Made by a program: the position numbers and the translations under genes. Positions 26,501 through 41,200 of a DNA stretch of 64,000 nt are shown one piece after another (the first letter of the stretch is position 1; the number at the start of each line of letters is the position of its first letter). Under the pieces are notes generated by a model. That model saw only the letters and a program-made list of their open reading frames with translations. It did no database searches and was not told the origin of the DNA. Source of the stretch: Trichoplax adhaerens (lineage: Eukaryota; Animalia; Placozoa); contig NW_002060945.1 in assembly GCF_000150275.1 (NCBI RefSeq), positions 1,116,630 through 1,180,629 on the forward strand. Direction: 5' to 3'.

Positions 26501-29500
26501 ATAAATATGCAGGATATCCTATGTTAATTAAAACGATTAGATTAGAAACCCAGGATGATACTCTGTTTTCGAAGTCAGCTCCGTTATTGACTGCTGCTAG
26601 CGAGCTTGCCTATCATACGATAGATTGTTCGGCTTTGAATGCTGAAGAATTGAGAAGAGAGAACGGTTTTGAAGTGAGGTTTATCACGTTCTTATATACT
26701 GTTATGAAAGGGTCAGGGTATTTAAAAAGTTCGTCATTTGTACTTATGTTAGGCTTTACAGGAAGCATTTGATAGATGCATTGCTGTTCTTGGGCCTTCA
26801 ACAGAACCGGAATCTGTTTCAGTGCAGGTTATGATTTAATTCTTATACTCTTATTTGGCCAGATATTCAGTGATTGTGAAACTAAAATATGTTTATAATT
26901 TCCTGTAGGTCTGTAAATACGTTATTCGTTGCTTCGAAGCATCTGCACAATTCGATGCCTGTCGCGAGAAGCTGCAAGAGCTGCCTATAGTTATTAAGGA
27001 TATTGCTAGAACTATGTACTTTAAGGTAAACTGTGGCTCTTCTCTGCTGTCGACTCTGTTGATATTGTATATGTAATGATTACAATAAATTAAACAACGT
27101 CTGCTTTTTAGAATTTGACGGTCTTATGCACAACTGCAACTGATTGTGTGAGTGCGTTGGCAATAGACACCACTTTACAAGCACAAATGTTGGCCGTATG
27201 TATTTGCTTTATTTTGTAACTTAGATAGAAGAAATAGTAACTTATGGTAACTTAAAGATACTAAATTATTTGTAAATTATTTTTGAAATTCATAGGCTGG
27301 TGTAGTATGGCACTTGCTATTGTACCTGTTCAATTATGACTATACGCTGGATGAGGGTGGTGTCGAGGCTTCTACTGACACAAATCAGCAGCTTGTAGCT
27401 AATAATTTGGCTAAATTAAGTATCAGAGCTCTGATTAGACTAGCGGGTTTTCAAACTCCGGGTTCGTCATTTTTGATATCCGAAATCATCCTTAAATATG
27501 TATGTAACCTTTGTAATTATTTTTTTCTTATTATTAGAACCAAGTATTGAAAAAACGCCAGATAACACTTCAATCAAGAAGTGCGTCAGCGCCATGTTAA
27601 CGCCCTATGTTACTAAACAGTTAGAATTGAAGGGATCTGTTGAGGTGATTTTTAATTACTAGATTATCACCAAATGGTAATTGTTGCTTAACGGATGTAT
27701 TTAATTCTTACTTTACTTTACTGTTTTATAGATTTTAAAGTTGTTAAACTCTAACTCTGAGAATCCGTATTTGATCTGGGATAATGCGACTAGAGCTCAA
27801 TTGATTGATTATTTGGAGAAAGAGCAAAGTAGTATGATTAGAAGTGTAAGTATTTTAGCTCTTTTATGATATTGTAGAACGTTTCACGATCGTGTACTCT
27901 CTTGTTTTTAGGGAGAATGCGATCCATCGTACGGGAAAGATTTTACTTTTGATGCACATGAAAAAGAACTTATCATTGGAGATATTTTTGTTCGTATCTA
28001 TAATAAACAATCATCATTTCCACTCGAAAATGGGGAACAATTTTGCTCCGATTTACTTAATTTCTTAGGTTCTGAAGCAGAGGTATGTGAAATCGAATGT
28101 CGTTAACATCATTGTTTTTTACCAAATACTGCAATTGTGGAGTTAGTTCATTTTGTACCGAGAAAGTAATAATTTTATCATATTTGTAGTACTTGCATTC
28201 ACTAATGGCTTTGGCTGCTTCGGGACAAGAAGTTGATAGTAATTCTGCACGCCTTGTTAAAAGTGAAATGGCATTAGAAGCTTTGAGAAATGTTATTAAG
28301 AACAACCCAGGTTATTGTTATGTTAAAAGAAGTCGCTTACTAGCATATTTGACTGTGTTATGTAAAATGATCTGATGGAGCTTTGCTATTTCAGCTTGCT
28401 CTGAACGATGCATCGGTCATTTCAAGCTTCTGTTTAGCCTATTGTGCATGGAAAGTGATGGCAATTTACAGCAAATGGCTCTTGAGGTATAATTACAGTT
28501 ATGCAATGCACTTCTATTAGTTCTGTCTGCTATTAGTTGTTACAAAATACTTAAAATTCGATCATATTTCTTCATTAACATTACATTTAGGTAATCAATA
28601 ATGTTGCCGGTAATAAGAAATGTGTGCAAGATATCGCTGATGCAGATGTTCTGTCGTATCTCTTCTTAGTTGTTGAGATGGCACCTGATAGTAAGACTTT
28701 TAGATAAACTTAAATTATCTTATTTCGCTAACATTTTACTCTAGAAGAAAAAGACATATTTAACTGCTTTTCTATATTGTCTAGGTCAAGTAACAGTAAT
28801 GGAAGTTCTTATCGCATTGTCATCTAACACTAAGATAGTAAAGGATTGCATGTCTAAAGGTGAACTGTTAACTCAGCTTATACTTTAAAATACTAGTTTT
28901 TTGAGACTTCAACATTGGATTGCATATCACTAACTACAAAACTAAATTTTTAATTTAGGTGCTGTAATATATCTGCTCCACTTATTTTGCAATTCTACAT
29001 CACCAGAAGTTCGACAAAGTGCTGCAGAACTTCTCGCTAAATTAACCAACGATAAATTAGTTGGACCCAAGGTGAGTTTAACACATTTTAGGAATTAATA
29101 ATTAGAATGTACTAAAGTATGCTTATAACAAATTTTTAGGTCCGCATTTTATTGTCCAAGTTTTTACCGGTAATATTTATTGATGCTATGCGGGACAGTG
29201 CTGAAGCTAGTGTCTATATGTTTGAAAGTAAGAAATTAAGTAGACGCTTGGTGATTTATATACAATAGTTTTATTGCTAGGTTCGATTTATTATATCTGT
29301 ATTGACTGGGCTGCTTTCGGATTTATTTAAAGGTAGTCAAGAGAATCCTGAATTGATATGGAACGAAGAAACAAGAGAAAAAGTATCTAAAGTAGTTCAG
29401 AGAATGGAAAAAGATTTTTACCACAGGCAAAAAGATAATATATCCACTACTTGGAAGGTTAATATGCCTGCAGTACTGTGTTTAATTGTGAGGGTTTGTT

Positions 29501-30926
29501 TGTTTATTGAATTATTTTTCTTTATCTGTAGCTTCCCGAAAACTTTGCCATAGTTTACACCAACATTGAAGGTGAACTTACTGTTGGCGGAGTTTTCTTG
29601 CGCCTTTTTATTTCACAACCAGCTTGGGTACGTGCAGAATCTAGTAATTTTAATAAAAAATTTTCAGAGTACACGCTTAGAACCGTATTTCCGTATAACT
29701 CCTATTGAACTGCTTTATTGACTTATGGTTAAATACTCCAGGTGTTACGAAAACCGAGAGAATTTTTAATAGCTCTAACAGAAAAATTTTCGCAATTAAT
29801 TGGGTCAACGGCACCGGATGTTAGTATCAGAAATATATATTAATCATTTCTCGATTATACTACGAGTTGTGACTGATAGTTACCCGAGGTTTTTTAATGT
29901 TTTTATTTATAATCGTTTAGACTGAAGTTTTAGAGACTGTTACCACTGCAATCGTTGCTTTCTTCAACGCTCAACCATTAATGATGGATCAGGTAAAATA
30001 ATTTTCTTTGGGTTGATGTGTCTATTTGTGGTGCTGTTATGACTAACATTTGTATGATTGCTTCAGTTACCTAGCTTAGGACACATTCCACGCTTTTTTC
30101 AAAGCATGAGTTCTAGAAATGATGCCATACCTAAAGCTTCTGTCACTGTTGTGCACACGATTACCTCTAGTGATGTAAGTCAGATGATTAATTTTATTAG
30201 TAATACGAAATACGGTGTAAGGAAGATTCATATTTGATTATTTTTGTGTAATAAATTAACAGATTTGTATTAGAGCTATGACGGAGACCGAATGCATTGG
30301 TTCAGTTATGGTTGCAATGAAGAAAAGACCCGACATCATAGGGCTAGCTTGTGAGGCGTATTATAATATGTTTGAACACAAGGAAAGCGCTTTTGTTCAA
30401 CAGGTTTGGAAAGAACGATTAGACATTATTATCGTCTGTAGCGCTTTCTTATTGTAATTTAATAATACTGCATAGGCCCTCAAAGCAGAAGTTGTACCAT
30501 ATTTACTGAGCTTACTAGATTGCGGCTTAGAAACTGTTCCGAACGCTGCTTCAACAAAGGCTCAGATTGTCAAAGCCCTCAAAGCTATGGCAATGGATTT
30601 ACAACACGGAGAACAGGTATGGTAAAAACTACTGGTAGCTAATGTTTCCTTAGAAATTCTTATTGTACAGAATCGGCTAACCTGAGTTCGTGTGCGAATG
30701 TTTCATAACTTAGATTGCCGCTATACTGGAACAGTCATCAGTTTGGGCGTCTTACAAAGATCAAAAGCATGATCTTTTTATTCAAGATACGAATATTGCT
30801 GGTTACTTAACTGGACCAGTTGGCACAGCGGGATATTTGACTGCAGGTCCTGCTCATAGTTCTAACTTACCTGATGCACCTCCGCCACTTCAAAATTCTT
30901 CAATTCATCAAGAAGATGATGATTGA
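17539..30926 (+). CDS. DNAJC13: RME-8 / DnaJ homolog subfamily C member 13, about 58 exons; apparent 1-bp deletion in exon 25043-25146
   Basis: N-terminus [34 protein letters not shown]-2-like segment [16 protein letters not shown]...[14 protein letters not shown]-type repeats ([30 protein letters not shown]). J-domain with HPD ([13 protein letters not shown]). C-terminus [10 protein letters not shown]...AGYLT...DAPPP. Introns traced as GT-AG. Confidence 0.96.
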
Positions 30927-32638
30927 TTATGAAATACAGTTATGAACTAGGAGCTATATTTACAAGTACTCTATTAGATAGATACTCTTGAATCAGTGAT
31001 AAATTGTACAGTAAATTTAGGGTAACGAGATAATTTACTCGCGTTTGATCTCGGATAATTTCTAAAGATCTTTTGTAAGGTTAATCAATTTTATATCAGT
31101 GAATTTAAAACAAATCAAATGCTCCTTATTTGCAATTATTTCTCTATTAAAAATCTTGATGATGTGATTTTATGTCAACTATAAACAGCGAATTTTACCA
31201 AATTTTTTACCGTCGTATTGTTCAATACAATATACAGTTGGCGTTCAATCTTAAAGTCCTTGGTGATGTGGTTTAAATGATTTTGTACAAGCGTATAGTG
31301 AACAGTATTACGTTAGTGCTCTTCAATCTATTAGATTTGCTTTTCCAAGTTAAAATCACAATTTGTAACAACACTTTCTGTCCATAAAATTTATGCAAAA
31401 TTCTTATACGATAAACAGCATTGAGTCTATCCTAGAAAAATTTTGTCAGCTGTAATTGCCTACTGCGTTTATTCTTTCATTAGTCTATGAGTCTCGGTAT
31501 AGTATGGATTCCTTGAAAACTAGTAAAATTTATCTTGTTGTACGTGTATTATCACCGAATAAACTAATAAACTTATCATAATTAATGAGATCGATTAAAA
31601 TAGTACAGTAGTCTGCTCACTTGTGAAATTATACTAAAGAAATAAAATTTATCATTTAAGATGTCTGCGAGTGTATAATATCCGACACTAGTAAATTACT
31701 ACCACTAATTACTGTATATAATAATCTTAAAAGTACAGTATGCGTATTACCTGGTCAGCATTGGTATAGAGCATCATTGCTGACGATTATATATAGTAGT
31801 TATAATACTAATACAAGTATACTGTAATGATGTAGTTTCAGATAATCATGCAACTAACGTTTCTAGCTTTCTAATTCGTTATACAGCATGCAGTATAGCT
31901 TTGAAATACGGATGTTTGGCATAATTTGTATTTTAACATTATTTAGCATCTCGAACCAGTTGCATGCTTCCATTCATAGCTCATGGCATAATCGTAGCTA
32001 TTCTACAGGTCAAAAGCGTACTATTGCTTAGACTTTGAAAGTAATTATGCAAAGATTCGGTATTAATATCATTTGATTTCGGAATTTGTTCAAGTTGCGG
32101 TATTTGAACACTCTTTGAATATTGATTGTCTTTGATGGATGCCATTCATACACATAATATTAGTACCCCTTCCTTAGGCTATAAATATCAAGTGCAGTAA
32201 TTACAGTCTTTTTAAGTTAACGGAAGTATGGAAACAAACATTTATTGCATTTATACTTAAAAGGTAGAGTTTAATTGCTTTTGATAGATACCTTGATATC
32301 AATAACTTCTTGAGCGAAAGGTGTGAAGTAGAACTGTTCTACCGCCTCTCTGTGTGCCTAGAGCATGCTTGTGATTTTCCTCTATATCTCAAAAATCACC
32401 TCTTTGCTCTAAGATCTCTCTTGTATCTCACTGAAAATCAAGTCATCAAATCTCAGCAAACATTCCCACCCCGTTATATTACTGGTAGCAAGCAGATTGT
32501 TATTATATAAAGATTCGAAAATACCAGTTTGATCGTTCTAGATGAATGCCTTAGCGTTAGAAACTCTACCTTGTGATATGGATATTAAGTAATTACTGTC
32601 CTACCGAAATCTGTAAACAGAAAATTGTTATACTGTAT

Positions 32639-32652
32639 AGAGAGAGAGAGAG
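32639..32652. repeat. (GA)n microsatellite
   Basis: About 7 AG units, next to a CT-rich patch at 32340-32460. Confidence 0.7.
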
Positions 32653-35600
32653 ATGAAGATAGTAGTTTGATAGTTCTTGATAGATAGCATGGAATGGGAT
32701 CAATAAATCCTTTCTTGGCCTGTAGCTGTATCTATATCGTAACATTTGATCATGTCTCGTAAATAATTTGTATGGGAAGGAAATGTTTCTGTCTGCTGTT
32801 TTGTTGTATTGATAGGTGGTTATTTTTAAAACATGACAAGATAGCTATTTATCTACGTATCATATGTATCGAAACAGTAGTAAAAATTTATTATTGAGCT
32901 TCTGTAGTTGAAATGCTATTCATTCAAATAGCACTGGCTCTATCTTTGGAAATACGCTGATACTTGTTATATTATACTTTGTTTCGTTCTTCTGACAGAT
33001 ATTTGCAGTTCACTCACAGATTATTTCACTAAATTAATTTATCTAAGCATCATGAATCTTCGATATCACGTTGAGCTGGCTGTCAAGATAAATGCTAATT
33101 TTACTAAAGGTTATTTTTCTCTGGTGTTTTTTTCGTAAATTTGTAAAAGAATGAATGTGATCGATAATTGCCTTACCATGCATCTAACGCGAGATGTTCG
33201 TACGATCTTTCCAGTGAATTACTACGAGCAAAAAGTCTGTCGTTTGTTTAAAAAATTTAATTATAGCTTACAAGCAAAGCCAAATGTACTACAGTCTTAA
33301 ATTGATCTTTAAATCCTAGGTGATACAGTATCATAGGACGCTATCATCTATTGTACGCGTATTATTATTAGCCTAAGGTGCATGCTAATTGAATCAGATT
33401 TTTTATTTTTTCCGTCTATATCTGATGCATTCGTAGCCCTTTGAACGAGTTTATCAGTATATTCCAATCTACATCATTTAGTTTGATAAAGCGAAGTTGC
33501 TAGTCCAATTTGTTAACAGATTTCATGATAGGGTTTCCCTTAAAGTTAGTTCGTTCATCCTTCTTCTAATGTTATAATAGTTAAAGTACAATCGCTCTAC
33601 TCTAGACTCTAGAGTCATAAGAGGCACGCGTCTATCTGAACGGTGCTCTATTTCCTGTTTACTTTTGTATGAATGACTACTTCTACTATAGCTTGTAAAT
33701 GATATAGAATTTAAACTGTAATCAACTGGTGATCAGATACGATTTCTATCTGCATAAAATTGACGTACTCGTATCATTACGCATTCAGATTTCTCTATCA
33801 ATAAACAAGCTTAGAATAGCCAATTGCTGTGTTGCAACAAGATTGCTATATTCGTACGTGTAGCCAATATATTCGGTGAATTGAATGACTATAGAAGGAA
33901 AGAAGGGAAATTTACAGTTATTCCATTCGATTTACGTAAGATATGAGTAACACAACGATATCCGTAATTAGAACGATGATATAATTCTTGGTCATAATTT
34001 GCTTTCTCTACAATAAGCACAAACATGCCTCCATTGATACTTTCTAATGTACAAACAAATATTCTACAATAGCTAAACGGGCATACTTGTATATTTTCAT
34101 CATCATTTTACTTCAGGCTTCTGGTAATATACAGTACATGGTCTCATTGCAACTGTAGACTACGTTTGGTACAGCATTTACTTACTGTAGGTACTACGGC
34201 GCTGACCATTTATTTGTCGATATTCCTTCATGATTGTTGATTGATAACACGTTAAATCTTAATCTTATTGGCCACAAAGATTATACGATAAAGTTCTACT
34301 TATTGGCTACAGCATTTTATCTGATCTAAAGCAAATCATTGCAGAGTGGGTATGCAGGATACTGTACTGTACGAAATGGAACTTTATCTTATCATTCATT
34401 TCAAATCTTGATTAATTATTGCGATATTTCCTAGAGTATTGTTAGATCAAGAAGGACAAAAATAACAACAATTAATCTATCGATGGTGATATGAATTATC
34501 ATCACCGTAAGTATTTTAGTACAGTACGTATTTAGTAGTTGATAAAGATGCTATGCATGAGGTTGATAGAATAAGAATGCGCCTATTCTGCTCGTTGTTA
34601 GCATACTCTACTCTTAAACTGAGTAGCAAGATGGACAATAACAACAACAATAAATAATCGGCCTTAATATCCTACTTAGAGCTAGTCCTTGACTGATATC
34701 ATTTATTTAAATATCAATATGAGTAAGTATAGTGCAATATCTTTTTTGCTCTATGGATTTATCTATGTTGACAGCAGATTGTTGATTACTACTGCAGGGT
34801 AGTAGAGTATTAGTCTACACATACGATGATGTTAATGATGAAATTAACACCAAGAAGCAGCAACAACAGTTTACCCTCCGTCCTCATTCATCTCACACCT
34901 ATTCGTGTGAAAGATGAGTCATGAACTTATGAAAAATTAATTTTCAAAAAGTCCCTAAATGAGTTATGCCAGTGTATATGCAAAGATACATAAACATTAG
35001 AGTTAGGACTGGTCGCATAAGTATTTATTCAGAGCAGGAAGCAGCTACTAGATCACTATAGAATACGTAATCTATTGTCATAATTGAATGGTAAATTAAC
35101 TCCCAAAGGCTATTTTCTACGTAAGGATATCCTGCTGTCTACTACTTATGGACAGTAGACTACTATTATATTGGCATCTCCAATAGGGGCTAGGCGGCAC
35201 GAACTTTGCACCAAATTCTTATGCAAATAGGAAAAACAGTACAGTATAGTGTACGCTATACGCTTATAACTCAGCAGCAATAGTGTGGTTAGTTATTACA
35301 GTGCTTACGGTATAAAAGCATTATCTTGTTCCTATATATTACAGTAGTTCTAGCCAGATTGCATTAATTTAATTACGTTGAGGAAGAAGGTACCCCGTTT
35401 ATATAGCAAATAGCTTTGGCTAATTTGAATTTGGATTCATCATAGTGATCAAAGGAAAGAAAGACAGTCGTCACAATATCGACCATTACTAGTGTAAAAA
35501 AAATCAATTGTAGCTAGCTACCCCTATGAGAGCGATATCTTGACGGTACATCTAATACTGGTAAGTACTGAGCTCAATCTTATAAAGTACTCTATCAAAA

Positions 35601-38243
35601 ACTGCTTAATGATGCAAAAATAAATACTACTGCTAATGCTAAAGGATGTTATCTAGTGGACGTTGATTGCAATCGCGTTTTTCAATTCATGGAGATTAAA
35701 TTAATGGATGGTGGGATCGTCACTTTTTAATTAGAGGTAGCAAATGGTGACTGACTATTACCTTGATTACGATAAATGGTTGTAGAGAAAGTTATTACGA
35801 AATAAATGAAGTTGTAATCAATAGGCAAAAACCCACCTAAAATACAGTACGCGTATATAATTGTAATTAATTGTTGGATCGTCAAATGGAAATTGAGGAA
35901 ATTTCGCAACCAGCATTAACCTCCGTCAAGGCAGATAGTATGGCCTGTCTTTGACCATCATTTTATTTTTTATTTCTATCTCTTGCACGATTTTGCACCT
36001 TACAGTAACTTGCAAACGCCGGAAAAATGATTGACATTGATCCATTGGCTGCCATTTTCAAACTACTTCTGAAGAGTAACGTTAATATTTTGGCAAGGAA
36101 AGTAGTGCTTTATTTTAGACGCCCATACGAGATGTTGACTTTACGACTCAAAAGGGATACTAGGCCTACTGTACAGTTATAATGTGATGATTATTTTGGC
36201 GAATTATAAAGTATAGTACAGTGAAGTAATCTGATAGGACTGAAATGGTGATTAGGCGTTTTCTGCCACCGTTATACACTGCAGTCGGTTTTTTATTTAA
36301 TTATATATTATTCACCAGTTAATTAACGACGTGCGTTCAAGATCTATGTACAGTACTCTGTTCGCCAACTAAGTTATGATTTGTATTCACAGACACATGC
36401 CATGAAGATTTAATCAGCACTTACTGCAGATTTTCTTTAGAAGAGAATATTCATTTGAGCGAGTTTATCGCTCAAGTTTACTCTAATCTGGCACGGGTTT
36501 TAGCTTTCATGATGTCTTTTAAAAAGTCTAGTGCGATCAGAATATTGTTCCATTTTAACTATGTCTGTGCCCCCTCGTGATTATTTCGCATTGAATAATG
36601 TAAAGCGATCAAGTGATCATATTTGCCTTTTTATGACAAGTTTGCTTTGCTGAATCACCACTTAGCTGATTTTACTGGATTCTACGTACTGTAATGTAGG
36701 TTATATTGATTTTAAGCTGCTGGGCTTAATTAATATTTTGTAGCTCAACTCTTTAGCAGTGTACATGTTAAACTGGTAAACGTAATCTTATGACAACTTG
36801 CATACAATGAACTTTTACATTATTAAAAACGGAATATAATAAGCAATTGTGTTCATGTTTACCGATGCTTACGAAGACGTATAATCCATTCTCCAATCAA
36901 TAACCTGATTATTATATTATTCCGCTCTTAAAATTGTAATTAATTGCTCGCTACCCTAGCATAATGCATACATGTTACACGTATTAATAGTCCGATAGTG
37001 TCCATGGATGGACTTTAACTCGTATGGTCATTCTAATGGAATCCCAAGAGATTCACCTTTTCTACGCATAAAAAACATTTAAAAAAGTCCGTGCCTGCTG
37101 TGACTGAAATTATAGCAGATATAGAAAATGATGTAGTAACTGCTGAAATGATATTGTATAAAGGAGAAAAGTGTGAACACGAGGTACTTTAGTGCTTTAT
37201 GCAAGTTTGCACTTAGTTTAGGTCAGTTATAATTTGAGAAAATTTCTATACCCAATGAGCTTAGAATCCATTTTACAATGTAAACGAATATAAGATGAAA
37301 TCTATTCTATATGTACATTATACAAGTCATGTTTGCTGTCTTCTTTATCAAAGTAAATATTATTCTATTGATTATGATTAGTTCTGTACAGTGTACATGA
37401 ACTTGCTTGTATTGTAATTTAAATTCTTGTATTTTGGAAGAATTGTACGCTTCGACAACGCTGACATGTAGTCAAGTTTATTATTGATGAAGGCGCATCT
37501 TAAAATTTAAAATTTATTGCTTTCTATGCGGCATATTGAACATTTTGGTTGAATAATATCTATCTACAGGTCCTGTTTTATTTCATCAAATGATCAATCA
37601 GCCATAGTTAACCTTGTAGTGCAAGCTTTCGACTAATATACTGTAATTTAAGGGCAGTTAAATGCTACTGTAGTGATGATAATAATTATTCAGCAAGTGT
37701 GGTAATAACCATACATGTAAATGTCCTATTAAGTTATTCAACGGGGCATTTTTAATTCATTTCCTTAATTGATATTTCTATTAGTAATCTAAATCAGGAT
37801 TGGTTGAACTATACGTTAATGATAATCGAATACACCTTACCATGTATCATTGACAAACATTGAATGGAGCTGCAAGGCATGTTCAAAATATTACTTATAG
37901 CAGATAGTATCATGAAACCCTGATACCCCTGATATTGCTGACTTGGAAGCGGAAAGGAAAGAGTTTGAGATTTGCATTTCAGTTCTGGCCACAAAACGCA
38001 CTTGATTCAAGTAGTCATTTGAAGTTCAAGATTTACAATATAGTTCATAATTGAATTTCTATAATTGGAGGGGATTGTACATTACACATTATATGCGTTC
38101 TACAAATTCCAGTCTACAGTACAATAACTTTGAGCCTAGTGTCGCTTTTGAATATACTACATCGTAGCCATAGATGATAATAAAAGCTTCTTGCTCACCC
38201 AATTTTTATTATCTTTCCTTTTCCACTACTGTAGGTCGGTATC

Positions 38244-41200
38244 ATGGATGATAATAATGATGATAAATTCGATACGCGCGCCGAGCTCGAACGCAGACGT
38301 CAAGAGCAATTCAGAAGAAGTAAAAGCTGTGGTTTGCCGGTATGTTGTCAACAGGTTTAGATTGTGTCAACAATATTGGTTTTATATTTTTATTGAGTAG
38401 AGCATTTGCAATGGGAGATATATTGATGAATGTGCAGTACATTCATACAGATCAATATTATATTCCAAAATTTCATAACGACTTATTACTACCCATTCTC
38501 ACACCCGCTCTTTCAACAGGTATAAGCCACTAGTACGTATAAATGTACTCGTAAAAATGGCATCAACATTCAAATGATGTGTGCATAGTTTCCAGAAATA
38601 AGCTAAGATTAATTGCAATTGAGGCTTTAGAAAACGATGCAATAGCACGAAATTCATTTTGAAAAAAAGTTTTAAACATTTCGTAATTATAGGTTCATGA
38701 ACATGAAATACTACTAGTAGGTGTGATTGCATGGGTTTACTGAGGCCATTTGTTAATAAATGTTAATAAAGAAACATTCTACATGCCGAGAAGTTCATAC
38801 GAGTATCATATCCTAGACATGGACGCATAAACATGAAATACTACTAGTAGATGTGATTCCACGGCTTTACTAAGGCCATTTGTTAATAAATGTAAATAAA
38901 AGAAACATTTTACATGCCGATACGTTCATGCGAGTATGATATCCTAGACATGGACGCATAAGCATGAAATACTATTAGTAGATGTGATTCTACGGCTTTG
39001 CTGAGGCCATTTTGCTAAGAAGTGCTAATAAAAGTACAGTGTCAATACTACTGTAATATGATAATAATGAGTCACTGGCGTTTTACAAACCATGATCGGA
39101 AATTGAATACTGTTGTTGAATGATATTGAGTAAAACTTGTGGCACGGTAGATGTATTTGAGCTACGTTGGTGTTTTCGATCATTTAAAATTATAATGAAT
39201 AATAATTATTGTTAGGCCTGTCAAGCAACGGTATGAAGACTTGTGCTAGGTTCGCCTATTTGGGTCGTTGAGGGCCATAGGAATTGGAGATCGCTGCGCC
39301 ACTGAAAGGCCATGACTCTTGGAATAAGATTGATGCTCGATCTACATTAGTTCAGTAATTGGATTATAGTAGTTTCTCGAAGGGCTGCAGTCTTGTACTT
39401 TAAATTTGGGGGATCGGTAATGGTTCATTATTTATATATATATTGTATTAACTAATCAAGTCATTATCAATTTCTACCCATAAACTGGTCAGATATGTAA
39501 GATTCGTTTACCGTAGATAAACTGATGGAAGACTTGAGTTTAAATTGCATTTTTTGAGTCTACACTACGTAGGAGTATTTCATAAGCACGGCATGCCATC
39601 TATTCATTCAAGTCCATACGCCATGCTAGTAAGAGGGACTACTCCAAGAAAGGAGTTTCCTCCATAACCGCATCGACAATACACGAAGGGGGTCAAGATG
39701 ACCAATAACCTTCCTTAAATAACTGACGTTGTCTATAGCGAATAAATGCATCCAAATTACTGATTTCCAACTCTTTCTATCTATGTATTTTATCGTGCAA
39801 TGGCTACCTATAGCCTATACTTTCAAATTGAATCCATCTGTTATTCCTGCAGACATGTTGGATTGCAAGCCATTTCTCCAACTGTCATGTCGGTCGGTAT
39901 AAGACGAGTGTTGCTATTATTTATATAGCTCGGGTGGTATTGTTTGAACACCGGCTAGTAAAACGTCATCGCATGGCTTTTTATTGATTTTCTTCCTATT
40001 GGCTGTCGTTATTATCAATAGTATATCGTATACACTCAATAGCGTACCATAAAACACTATAGCATGGGCTTATTTCTCATTGAAATTCATCTTCGAAGCA
40101 CCCTTGTAAAAAAATAAAAAAAAATAGCTTACAGTAAATACAAGTTTTCTATCCTCTATTTCATTAGTCATTAGTTTATTCTTGGGCTTATCCTGCCTGT
40201 ATTTTTTTTTTACAATCCTTTTACCTCAGCTACGCCTGTTGAGAAGGTATCGGAAGTAAGTGTTTATGCCTAGTGATTTTAGTCAATACCATGTTGATGT
40301 TTAGATTAGATTGTTATTTCTACAAATTTAGCACATTTCATCAGTTCGGTATGAATAAATAGTTTAGACACGGTTAGGATAATATTGGAGGCAACTGGAA
40401 AGATGGATAGTAGAGTAGATTAAGCAATGGATGGTGTAGTCGATCAGGGTTAAATAGTTGAAATGGTTTGCCTGTAGTTATTGAAAGTTGCAATCCAATC
40501 GATTGACTTGGTACTTTTCCTGACTGCACACTGTGCAGTAGGCATTTGACCAACTGGATGCTAGTGTTGTTTGTATGGACATGAAAATATTGCCTGACCA
40601 ACTATTCAATCTTGCAATGTACAGTAGAATGAAGATCAGACCTCAATTTGAATGTTTCTCCTCCTTTTTCATACCCTTTTCCAGTCAAAATTTCCTTCTT
40701 CTCTATCAACAGTTTCTCATACTCTATTCCTATGCTGTATTCTACCCTTGTTGACTCATTTTGTGATGATATTCGATCATATTAACTGCTAGTGTTGATT
40801 GTATATATGTACGTGCATGTCAGAATAAGTTGCCTGACCAACCATTAAATCTTACAGTGCAGCAGGCAATATAGAATGATGGACTACTTACAGTACTTAA
40901 TTCACTAGCCCTTGGTAAAATAATGATGGTCAGACCTCAATTTAAATTTTCTCTTCCCTTTTTCATGCTATTTTTCAGTCAAAATTTCCTTCTTCTCTGT
41001 GAAATTTCTCATACTCTATTCCTATGCTGTATTCTACCCTTCGTTACTGATTTCTTGGTTATGATATTCAATTATATTAACTACTAGTGTTGATTGTATA
41101 TACAGTATACTGTATGTACGTACATGTCAGAATAAATTGTTTGACGAACCATTAAATCTTACAGTGCAGCAAGCAATATAGAACGATGGACTACTTTACA

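Noticed and set aside
39210-39720. GC-richer patch in the supervillin intron as a transposon fragment
   Set aside because: No ORF, terminal repeats or recognisable transposase/RT motifs seen.
40230-40255. Exon-like segment with a strong acceptor and a GTAAGT donor in the supervillin intron
   Set aside because: Lengths of 17 or 26 nt do not preserve frame between the flanking phase-0 exons; at most a UTR or poison exon.
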